In this document: piece after piece, positions 8,003 to 15,852 of the stretch
How the letters are laid out: each line of letters opens with the position of its first letter
How positions within the stretch are numbered: the first letter of the stretch is position 1
Origin: Candidatus Zixiibacteriota bacterium
GTDB taxonomy: Bacteria > Zixibacteria > MSB-5A5 > WJJR01
Assembly (NCBI GenBank): GCA_036170655.1
Contig: JAVHPP010000005.1
Location: forward strand, 1 to 22,706
Length of the DNA: 22,706 nt
Direction of reading: 5' to 3'
Made by a program: the position numbers and the translations under genes
The notes under the pieces: model-generated
The model's database searches: none
Told to the model about the DNA's origin: nothing
Seen by the model: only the letters and a program-made list of their open reading frames with translations

Positions 8003-9853
8003 TTACCTCCGCTCCAGCGCCTCGCGCGGGTAGATGTTCAGTTCCAACATCCACTCTTTGAGTTTGGCGACACGCGTCGTGTTATCGGTCGGAACGGCGA
8101 ATGGGCGCCCGCGGCCATCGAGGATCAAGCCCACAACGCCGCCAGAAACCGTCCTCTCGACTTTGGCGCCCTTGCCGGCGCCCAGATCGTATCCGCGGGC
8201 GGGTTCAAACACGGCTTTGGCGGTTGCGGGCAGGCCGGTCTTCTCGTCGGTGCCGAGGGGGATTAGTTTCATTGTACCGAACTCAAGCGCCCCTTTTTCC
8301 ACTTTGCCGCCGGGCAGTTCGATCTGGTAGTCCATAACGGTGCCTTTGCCAGATTTCGTTTCTCCGGCGGGGGCGATGCAGGTTCCCAAGTGGATCAAGC
8401 AGTCTTTGTTGAAGACCTCGGTTGCCGCCAACGGATGGACGGCGGCGAGGACCCCCAACTGCGGCATCATGAAAATCGAGTCGACGGCGAGGCGTGTAAT
8501 GCCTTCAGGCAAGAACGCGTCAATCAACATCAACGCCGCCTGCTGGCGTCTGGGCGCATGAGACAGCACGCCGCCGGAGCCGATGAGCATGTTCAGGGTC
8601 ATCATGTTGACCAGGGTCGCCCCAGATGTGCTCTGCTCGAAGGCATCCGCGATTGTCCGTTGCTGTTGGACGCCCTTGAGGACTGTGGCGAACGACTTGT
8701 GCTGAATAAATGCCAATCGCAGGGCTTCCTTGGCGATTGCCTGCTCGAAGATCAGCTCCTCCATCAACTGGGGGATGGTCGTCGGGCGGATCATCTTATT
8801 CTTGACCCGATTGCGCAGGTCTCGTTCGTCCATGTGGAACGGGACCCAGCGCATGACATTCTCAAGACCTGCTTCGGCGAAGACGTTCGAGATCGAATAC
8901 GACATGCCGAGATTGGCCGAAACGGTCCGGTTGAAGACACCCTGGAAGACACTGAACACATCGGTGGTGGCGCCGCCGATATCGACACCCACAACTTCAA
9001 TCTTCTCAATCTCCGAGACGCGCTTGATGATCGATCCGACGGCGCCCGGTGTGGGCATGATCGGCGAGTCGCACCAGGACATGAGCTTCTTGTAACCGGG
9101 CGCCTGCGCCATCACGTGTTCCATGAACAGGTCATGGATCTTCTCGCGGGCCGGCAGGAGGTTTTCCCGTTCGAGAACGGGGCGGAGATTGTCGACCACG
9201 GTCAGGTCTGTCTTCTCATCGAGAGTTTCTCTCACGCTGTTGGCGGCGTCCTTGTTGCCTGCATAGATGACTGGCAGTTTGTATCCACTGCCCAGACGTG
9301 GTTTTGGATCGGCGGCAGCGATCAATTCCGCGATCTCGACCACGTGGGTGGTGGCGCCGCCATCGATGCCGCCGGAGAGCAGGATCATATCGGGGCGCAG
9401 ACGCCGTATCCGTTCGATCTGCTCATGCGGCATCCGCCGGTCGTTGGAGGCGATGACATCCATGACGATCGACCCAGCCCCCAAGGCAGCACGCTCGGCC
9501 GACTCCGCCGACATCGAACGTACCACACCGGCGACCATCATCTGCAAGCCACCGCCCGCAGAGGATGTGGAGATGTAGATATCGGTGCCGACATTTCCGT
9601 TGGCCGGAGAAATGATTTTCCCGTTGTCGTCCAAAAGCTTACGCCCAGAAAGCTCCTCGACCTCGCCGACCGCGTTGAGAACTCCGTTGGTGACGTCCTC
9701 AAAGGGCGCTTCGACCGTGGTCGGCGCTTCCCCCCGCACAATCAGGCGGTATTCTGGGCCACGTTTCTCGATCAGGATCGCCTTGGTCGTGGTCGAACCG
9801 CAGTCGGTTGCTAATATGACGTTAATGTCTTCCGGTTTGAGATTCTTGGTCAT
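8003..9853 (-). CDS. Glutamate mutase L (GlmL/MutL)-like ASKHA (actin-fold) ATPase
   Basis: Two phosphate motifs TDCGSTTTK and VDIGGATTDV, plus TSSAGGGL, LLSGGIDGG, IMPTPGAV and RTVSANLGM. Confidence 0.85.
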   Translation of the reverse strand: MTKNLKPEDINVILATDCGSTTTKAILIEKRGPEYRLIVRGEAPTTVEAPFEDVTNGVLNAVGEVEELSGRKLLDDNGKIISPANGNVGTDIYISTSSAGGGLQMMVAGVVRSMSAESAERAALGAGSIVMDVIASNDRRMPHEQIERIRRLRPDMILLSGGIDGGATTHVVEIAELIAAADPKPRLGSGYKLPVIYAGNKDAANSVRETLDEKTDLTVVDNLRPVLERENLLPAREKIHDLFMEHVMAQAPGYKKLMSWCDSPIMPTPGAVGSIIKRVSEIEKIEVVGVDIGGATTDVFSVFQGVFNRTVSANLGMSYSISNVFAEAGLENVMRWVPFHMDERDLRNRVKNKMIRPTTIPQLMEELIFEQAIAKEALRLAFIQHKSFATVLKGVQQQRTIADAFEQSTSGATLVNMMTLNMLIGSGGVLSHAPRRQQAALMLIDAFLPEGITRLAVDSIFMMPQLGVLAAVHPLAATEVFNKDCLIHLGTCIAPAGETKSGKGTVMDYQIELPGGKVEKGALEFGTMKLIPLGTDEKTGLPATAKAVFEPARGYDLGAGKGAKVERTVSGGVVGLILDGRGRPFAVPTDNTTRVAKLKEWMLELNIYPREALERR

Positions 9854-9919
9854 CGTGTCCCTGCTGGCTCAATCCTGCCGTTCAAACGCACCCAGCGTTG
9901 TACCGGCGAAAAGTTATTC

Positions 9920-9948
9920 AGCATAACCAAATGCCTACGAGCGTTCAA
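9920..9948 (-). promoter_or_regulatory. Sigma70-type promoter for the glmL-like operon
   Basis: Minus strand TTGAAC-17 nt-TATGCT, about 65 nt upstream of the start. Confidence 0.55.
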
Positions 9949-10028
9949 TGGCTTTGTGAACTCCCCCACGCGTTACAGATGGACAGTGACAGAGGCGCCG
10001 GGCGGCAGTGAGGCCTGGGTCATCTGGC

Positions 10029-10051
10029 CACGGGCGGGACGCCCATGCTAT
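10029..10051 (-). repeat. REP-like palindrome
   Basis: Minus strand ATAG-catgggcgtcccgcccgtg (GTAG-like tag plus imperfect hairpin), intergenic. Confidence 0.5.
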
Positions 10052-10093
10052 GACGTCCTTTCCCGACGGAGAACCAAGGGCAGATGGCGATCG

Positions 10094-10900
10094 TCACGGG
10101 GCGCAGATGGCCGCCGGAGGGGGACCGCCACTGAAGGCGTAGTCGATCACTGCCACGACATCGAGCACATCTGTCGCCCCGTCTCCGTTGAAATCGCAAC
10201 GCTCCGCCGGACAGATGGGATCCTTCGTGCAGGTGGCTCCACCGAAAGACCGATCGACAAGGGCGACGACATCCAGAACATCGATAAGTCCGTTGCCGTT
10301 GGGATCGCCCTGATGGCCGCAGAGGCAAGGGCACACGTGGATTGTGTCCGGGACGAACGCCGGGACAAAATTGTCCGCTGGCTGGGACGATGTGCCGAAG
10401 AGAGTTGAATTGCGCACGGATGGTGCCGATGATGTCGTCGAGGTATCCACGACAACGAGGGTGTCGCTTGCAGGCGGCGGACCGGAGCGGTGCCAGTAGA
10501 TCTGGCAGGCAGCTCCTGATCCGGTGGACAGCAGAGACGTGAACGGCAGAAATGAAATGTTGTACCGAGTGGGGGTCAGAACGCCGTCAACCAGACCCGT
10601 GTCTGCAACAAAGAAACCGTTGCCGCCGGTCACCATGGTCTGCCAGCGGCTCCCGATCAGCGAGACCGAATCGATCCCGATTTGTGGCGATGTCCAGGCC
10701 AAGACGATAGTTGCGTGCTTCAATGGTTCGTCATTGGCCGTGTAGAGGGTCGTCGTGAAGGTCGTATCGCCCTGCACGCATGCGGGGACCGGGTCCAGCC
10801 AGATCGAATCTGGTGCCCCGGGGTCGGGTCCTGTCCGTGCGAGGACAGACGATGATACACAACACAACCACACCGCGTTGACTGCGAGAATTCTCTTCAT
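10094..10900 (-). CDS. Secreted protein with cohesin-like beta domain and C-terminal dockerin type I domain
   Basis: Signal peptide MKRILAVNAVWLCCVSSSVLA. Twin Ca-loops GDPNGNGLIDVLDV and CDFNGDGATDVLDV. The cohesin-like call for the middle region is weaker. Confidence 0.8.
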   Translation of the reverse strand: MKRILAVNAVWLCCVSSSVLARTGPDPGAPDSIWLDPVPACVQGDTTFTTTLYTANDEPLKHATIVLAWTSPQIGIDSVSLIGSRWQTMVTGGNGFFVADTGLVDGVLTPTRYNISFLPFTSLLSTGSGAACQIYWHRSGPPPASDTLVVVDTSTTSSAPSVRNSTLFGTSSQPADNFVPAFVPDTIHVCPCLCGHQGDPNGNGLIDVLDVVALVDRSFGGATCTKDPICPAERCDFNGDGATDVLDVVAVIDYAFSGGPPPAAICAP

Positions 10901-11073
10901 GAATGCCCTTTTCTGACACGGCTGGTACAAACCGCGCGGACTCAAGCAATATAGGCGATCTTGCCGGATTGGCAAGATGGCATAGCCCAACTGCCTGTGT
11001 TCTTGACAGCCTCATCGGCTCGCGGGGGAATGGCTCGCCTTGCCCTTCCCGCGGGAACATCAGACATTACCTC

Positions 11074-11976
11074 ATGCTTTTATTCTGGGGTGAATTAGCG
11101 GCGCTGGGCACGGCTTTCTGCTGGACACTGGCATCGATCGTTTTCACCCGTGCCGGTCGTCAGATCGGAGCCTTCAACCTCAACAAGCTGCGGATTCCCA
11201 TCGCCGCGCTTTGTCTGACCGGCGCGCTGGCTCTGACAGCAACTGTTTCCCCTATCGGCCGCTTGCAGGTGAGCGATTCATTGTGGCTGGCCGTATCCGG
11301 AGTCATCGGCCTCGTCCTTGGCGACTCATGCTACTTCCGCGCTCTTGTGATTCTTGGGCCGCGTCGCGCCACACTGCTCATGTCTTCGGCGCCTGTCCTC
11401 GCCGCTCTGCTGGCATGGACCTATCTTAATGAAGGACTCGGGTGGGTTGCCTGGGCGGGGATTCTCACGACACTGGCTGGCATCTGCTGGGTGACGGCCG
11501 AGCGTGACTCTCAGAACAACGAATATCCTCATGGTTCACGAATGTTGGGCGTCCTCCTGGGGCTTGGTGGGGCAGCGGGTCAGGCGATCGGGTTAGTGAT
11601 CGCACGGCGCGTTCTGGTCGCAAGCGACGTGACGCCACTGGCAGGAACATGGGTGCGTATGATTGCTGCGGCGGTCACCATCTGGTCGTATGCACTTCTC
11701 CGTGGGCAGGCGCGCTCGACGCTCTTGCTCCTGAGACAGCTCTCGATTGCGCGCGTGGTCATCGCCGGGGCAATCCTGGGACCCTTCCTCGGCGTCTGGC
11801 TCTCGCTCATCGCCGTCAAGTATGTCGAAGCCGGGATCGCGGCGACGATCATGGCAACCATGCCGGTTCTGGTACTCCCGCTGGTTGTTCTGATCTACCG
11901 GGAAAAAGTTTCGCCTCGTGCCGTTCTCGGGGCCTTGGTAGCTGTCGGCGGTGTGGCGATGCTGTTCCTGAGGTGA
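11074..11976 (+). CDS. DMT/EamA family transporter
   Basis: About 10 hydrophobic helices in two EamA repeats (LGDSCYFRAL..LGP; YREKVSPRAVLGALVAVGG). Start re-called at MLLFWGELAAL. Confidence 0.9.
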   Translation: MLLFWGELAALGTAFCWTLASIVFTRAGRQIGAFNLNKLRIPIAALCLTGALALTATVSPIGRLQVSDSLWLAVSGVIGLVLGDSCYFRALVILGPRRATLLMSSAPVLAALLAWTYLNEGLGWVAWAGILTTLAGICWVTAERDSQNNEYPHGSRMLGVLLGLGGAAGQAIGLVIARRVLVASDVTPLAGTWVRMIAAAVTIWSYALLRGQARSTLLLLRQLSIARVVIAGAILGPFLGVWLSLIAVKYVEAGIAATIMATMPVLVLPLVVLIYREKVSPRAVLGALVAVGGVAMLFLR

Positions 11977-11991
11977 GCCGTCGCGGGCGGA

Positions 11992-12396
11992 TCAGGCAGG
12001 TTCGCCGAGACGGATCGTGTACTCAGTCCACCCTGTGACAGATTTGGCCTTGATACGGAGCGCCTCTGCATCAAAAGCCCCGTACGCCTTCGATGTTCCC
12101 CACAATTGCAAGAAGCGCTGCACATGATCGAGGTGGAACCGTCCGCCGCCGCAGACTTCCCATCCCGGCGTTGTGAAGCGGCCGTCATCGCCGCTCAGAC
12201 GGAACATGACGTCTTTGTGCCTGTGACAAAAACGCTCGACGATGTTGGCGTGATACTTAGAGAGAGCCACGGGGGAAAGCACGAGGAATTCCTCGCGTGG
12301 TCCGCTGATATGGACAAATTTCCCGTCGTACACCGGTGGTGTCGACCGTCCCTGGAGGGTCTCGAAATAGATGGATGCGTAGTCTTCGATGATCAT
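11992..12396 (-). CDS. Janus/Ocnus (PHPT1)-like putative phosphohistidine phosphatase
   Basis: 134 aa from MIIEDY; motifs DGKF, YHANI, EVCGGGRF and LWGTSKAYG. Starts 19 nt after the TIGR01777 stop. Confidence 0.6.
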   Translation of the reverse strand: MIIEDYASIYFETLQGRSTPPVYDGKFVHISGPREEFLVLSPVALSKYHANIVERFCHRHKDVMFRLSGDDGRFTTPGWEVCGGGRFHLDHVQRFLQLWGTSKAYGAFDAEALRIKAKSVTGWTEYTIRLGEPA

Positions 12397-12415
12397 CTGG
12401 TTGATCCGCAATCCG

Positions 12416-13327
12416 TCAGCGAGAGAGCGCCTCACGCAGCGCCCCCTCCAGTTCCGTGTACTTGAAGGTGAATCCATATTCCAGCGCCCGTTTGGGCAGG
12501 ACATGCTGCCCGGTCAGCGCCAAGTCCGCCATTTCGCCCAGTGCCAGACGCAAGGCGAGTCCGGGCGTGGGAAAGACACTCGGCCTCCGCAGCACCCGCC
12601 CCAGAACCCGCGCAAACTGACGATTGGTCACGGGATTGGGGGCTGTGGCATTGATCGGGCCGGAAACATGTTCGTTCTCGACCGCGTGGCAGATCAGAGC
12701 AACAAGGTCATCACGATGAATCCACGACAACACCTGACGCCCGGACCCTACGGGTCCCCCGACAAAGAGCCTGAAGGGAAGCGCCATTCGCGAAAGGGCA
12801 CCCCCGCCATGGCCCAGCACAACGCCGATCCGGATCAACGCCAGCCGCACGCCATACTTGATCACCGCCTTCGCTTCATCCTCCCAATGCGAGCAGACGA
12901 TGGCGAGGAAATCATTCCCCGGGGGAGAGGCTTCATTCAGTTCCTCGTCCCCGTGCGCGCCATAGTAACCAATCGCTGATGCCGAGACGAGGACCTTCGG
13001 CTTGGTTGCGGCCGCGGCGATCTTGGCTACCAGACGGCGTGTTGTCAGAATGCGGCTCTCGAAGATGCGGTCTTTTCGGGCGCTGGTCCAGCGGCCGGAG
13101 CCGATCGACTCGCCTCCGAGGTTGATGACTGCATCCACACCGGCCAAGGCTTCGTCGGGTATGTCCGCGGCCGGGCCCTGCCAATGGACCAGCCGGACGT
13201 GTCCATTCTCATCCGATGGGAGGACGTGCCGACGCGAGAGCACCGTGACCACATGCCCTCTGCCGGTCAGCGTGTCGGCAAGGGGCCGACCAATGAATCC
13301 GGTTCCGCCGGTCATCAGGATGTTGAT
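12416..13327 (-). CDS. TIGR01777 family NAD-dependent epimerase/oxidoreductase (YfcH-like)
   Basis: TGGTGFIG, INLGGESI..RWT, VSASAIGYYG, SWIHRDD, GPINATAPNPVTN. The natural start position is occupied by ATC at 13325-13327; the first ATG is 13315. Confidence 0.92.
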   Translation of the reverse strand: MNILMTGGTGFIGRPLADTLTGRGHVVTVLSRRHVLPSDENGHVRLVHWQGPAADIPDEALAGVDAVINLGGESIGSGRWTSARKDRIFESRILTTRRLVAKIAAAATKPKVLVSASAIGYYGAHGDEELNEASPPGNDFLAIVCSHWEDEAKAVIKYGVRLALIRIGVVLGHGGGALSRMALPFRLFVGGPVGSGRQVLSWIHRDDLVALICHAVENEHVSGPINATAPNPVTNRQFARVLGRVLRRPSVFPTPGLALRLALGEMADLALTGQHVLPKRALEYGFTFKYTELEGALREALSR

Positions 13328-13464
13328 GCCATGCTCCTCACGAATCGCATGCTGTCAATTCTGTGCTGTGTGGCATGCCCTTCAACATGATACACTTCTT
13401 CTCAGGCCTCTCAACCCTTATCTTGTCCATGGGAGCATCTTGAACTTTTGGGTGGAGGTGTTTA

Positions 13465-13833
13465 ATGGTTTTCCAGCAACTGACTGATGATGTCATCGCC
13501 CAGCTGACGGATGAGCAACTGACGGTCCTACAGGATCTCGGTGAGTTGGCCGCCAAGAAACTCAAGGTTGCATCGCTCGTCGAACGGTATACGCAGCAAA
13601 TCGGGGCATCGCAGAACGCAATGGGGTTCCAGATCAAGGAGAATCCCACTGGTTTGCATGAAGACCCGGAGATCCTTTCCTTGATCACCATCAAGGAACG
13701 ATACAAGATCACCAGTCTCCGCGAGCAGATTCGTCGCACGCTGAAACGGGCCGTCGATGTAGGTCTGGGGAATCTGGCGCTGATCCAGCGTCAGTGCCAA
13801 ATCTATGGTGTGGACTGCACGACGACTGTCTGA
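13465..13833 (+). CDS. Hypothetical all-alpha protein
   Basis: Strong SD GGAGGTG; 122 aa; 21 nt upstream of the ychF-like gene. Confidence 0.75.
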   Translation: MVFQQLTDDVIAQLTDEQLTVLQDLGELAAKKLKVASLVERYTQQIGASQNAMGFQIKENPTGLHEDPEILSLITIKERYKITSLREQIRRTLKRAVDVGLGNLALIQRQCQIYGVDCTTTV

Positions 13834-13854
13834 ACATTTTTTACGTAGGACCTT

Positions 13855-14904
13855 ATGCTCAAACTGGGAATCATCGGCCAGCCCCGCTCGGGTAAGACGA
13901 CCATCTTCAACGCGGTCGCTGCAGCCCATGCCGATGTAGACGCCTATCTGGCGCCCACGGAAATACGCCGCGGTGTGATCAAGGTGCCCGACCCGCGTCT
14001 CGACCGTCTCTATGATCTATTCTCCCCGCCGAAGAAAGTGTACAACGAGATCGAGTATGTGGATTTCCCGGCACTGACCGGGGATGCCACCGAAGTTGCC
14101 GCCCTTCCCCCAGCGCTGCGTGAACTCGACGCCTTGATCATGGTGTTGCGTGAGTTCGGCGAGGCCCCCAACCCGGTATCGGAAGCACGCCTGCTTTGCG
14201 ATGAGTTGATTCTGGCCGATCTGGCCGTGATTGAGAAGCGGCTGACGCGTCTGGAAAGGGAAGTGATGTCAGGTCGGACGGACAATCAGATCGAGTACGA
14301 TGCGCTGGTCCGCTGCCGACAGGCCTTCGAAAACGCGCAGCCCGCCCGCACGGTGCCGTTCTCACCTGTTGAACGCAAGCTGATGCGCGGGTATGGATTT
14401 CTCTCCGGCATGCCGCTTCTGGCTGTGGTCAATGCCCCCGACTCCGGCTCGGCCCACAGCGCGAGCGAATGGCAGGATCTGCTGAAACTCGGCCCCCGGT
14501 CCATGGCACACGTCGTGCGGGGGAAGCTGGAAGTGGAACTCAACGACCTGCCAGAAGAAGACCAGAAGATCTTCATGGCCGATCTGGGGCTATCTGCATC
14601 GGCGCTCGACGGGATGATCCTGGCGTCGTACACGCTTCTGGGGCTGATCACTTTCTTCACCGGTGGCAGCGAGAAAGACGTGCATGCTTGGATGGTTGAG
14701 CGCGGCGCGACCGCTCCCCAGGCCGCCGGTGTCATCCATTCTGATATCGAACGCGGTTTCATCCGGGCCGAAGTCACTCCCGTGGAGGACCTCCTGACGC
14801 TGGGGTCACTGGCCGCGACGCGCAGGGCTGGCAAGACCCGCCTCGAAGGCAAAGATTACATCGTGACCGATGGCGACTACACGATCTTCCGCTTCAATGT
14901 GTGA
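13855..14904 (+). CDS. ychF: YchF/OLA1 family ATPase (divergent)
   Basis: GQPRSGKTT P-loop, VPDPRL, LITFFT, TAPQAAGVIHSDIERGFIRAEV, RLEGKDYIV, FRFNV. Confidence 0.9.
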   Translation: MLKLGIIGQPRSGKTTIFNAVAAAHADVDAYLAPTEIRRGVIKVPDPRLDRLYDLFSPPKKVYNEIEYVDFPALTGDATEVAALPPALRELDALIMVLREFGEAPNPVSEARLLCDELILADLAVIEKRLTRLEREVMSGRTDNQIEYDALVRCRQAFENAQPARTVPFSPVERKLMRGYGFLSGMPLLAVVNAPDSGSAHSASEWQDLLKLGPRSMAHVVRGKLEVELNDLPEEDQKIFMADLGLSASALDGMILASYTLLGLITFFTGGSEKDVHAWMVERGATAPQAAGVIHSDIERGFIRAEVTPVEDLLTLGSLAATRRAGKTRLEGKDYIVTDGDYTIFRFNV

Positions 14905-14997
14905 ATGCTCCCGATACACTTCGGAACCCGGTACGATCCGTAAGACGCCCGGGTGCAACACCGCTCTGCCCAATGGGCGGCTAAGAAACGCAATGCG

Positions 14998-15095
14998 TGT
15001 CATTCTGAGGAGCGGAGCGACGAAGAATCTGTTTTCCAACCGAGGGCGCGCCACGGGGGAAAAACGACAGATCCTTCACTCTGTTCAGGATGACA
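14998..15095. repeat. GTC-tagged long palindromic repeat
   Basis: tgtcattctgag...gaagaatctg paired with cagatccttc...ttcaggatgaca. Confidence 0.7.
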
Positions 15096-15285
15096 TTCAT
15101 CATGGTCGCGACTTTTCCATATTTCGATCAGCCAGCCTAAACGTCGGCGTGAGAACGCCGACAGGATATACATGAACCCGTTGCGCCAGTAGAGGGTATC
15201 AAAATTGCCCCCGGACACTCGGGGCTGTGCGTATTTTGGGTGAGATTGTACCATTCGATCAACCCTGTCAGTGGAGTCTGCGGCG

Positions 15286-15738
15286 ATGAGCATGGCTGAG
15301 TTCAAGAAGGATTTGACACAGGACATGCGCCAGATCCAGGAAGAAATGGACCTGTTGTTCAATCAATTGGCCAACTGGCGGAAGGCGCCTGCCACCAACC
15401 GGCTTTGGCGTCCGCCGACCGATGTTTGGGAGTCCGAAGATAACGTCGTTGTGCTGGTTGAGATTGCCGGTGTCAAACAGTCGGAAGTCTCCGTCACGCT
15501 GAAAGACAACATTCTGACTGTCAAAGGTGAGCGGCGCGCGTTGGCGCATCGGGAAGGGTGTTGCTTCCGGAATATGGAGATCTCGACCGGACGCTTTGAG
15601 CGCAACATTTATCTTCCCGAAACTGCCGATCCCGAACGAGTGAAAGCCGCGTACCGTGACGGATTCCTGGAGATTACCATCAGCAAGCTTCCGCATCCGG
15701 TCGGCCGCGCGCGGGAGATTGTGATCGAAGAAACGTGA
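15286..15738 (+). CDS. Hsp20/alpha-crystallin small heat-shock protein
   Basis: WRPPTDVWE..VEIAGV..LTVKGER..GRFERNIYLP..AAYRDGFLEITI. Start could be 15271, 15286 or 15292. Confidence 0.93.
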   Translation: MSMAEFKKDLTQDMRQIQEEMDLLFNQLANWRKAPATNRLWRPPTDVWESEDNVVVLVEIAGVKQSEVSVTLKDNILTVKGERRALAHREGCCFRNMEISTGRFERNIYLPETADPERVKAAYRDGFLEITISKLPHPVGRAREIVIEET

Positions 15739-15758
15739 ATCGGAGAGCGCTCAATAAG

Positions 15759-15813
15759 ATGTAGCGCAGGCGCCCTCGCCTGTGGAGTGCAGCCGAGGGC
15801 GGCGGCGCCACAT
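15759..15813. repeat. REP doublet (REPIN-like)
   Basis: GTAG-cgcaggcgccctcgcctg and the inverted copy gcagccgagggcggcggcg-CCAC, between hsp20 and lon. Confidence 0.7.
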
Positions 15814-15852
15814 TGAGGGAGACACAGCGTCACACACCAGAGGGGGACAAGC

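Noticed and set aside
8390..9814. 474-aa + strand ORF
   Set aside because: Antisense shadow of the glmL-like gene, expected with GC-biased codons; no motifs.
8003..9853. Mismatch-repair mutL
   Set aside because: Name clash only; the motifs are ASKHA/actin-like, not GHKL.
15140..15285. CIRCE or other heat-shock operator upstream of hsp20-lon
   Set aside because: No TTAGCACTC-N9-GAGTGCTAA or other convincing inverted repeat found.
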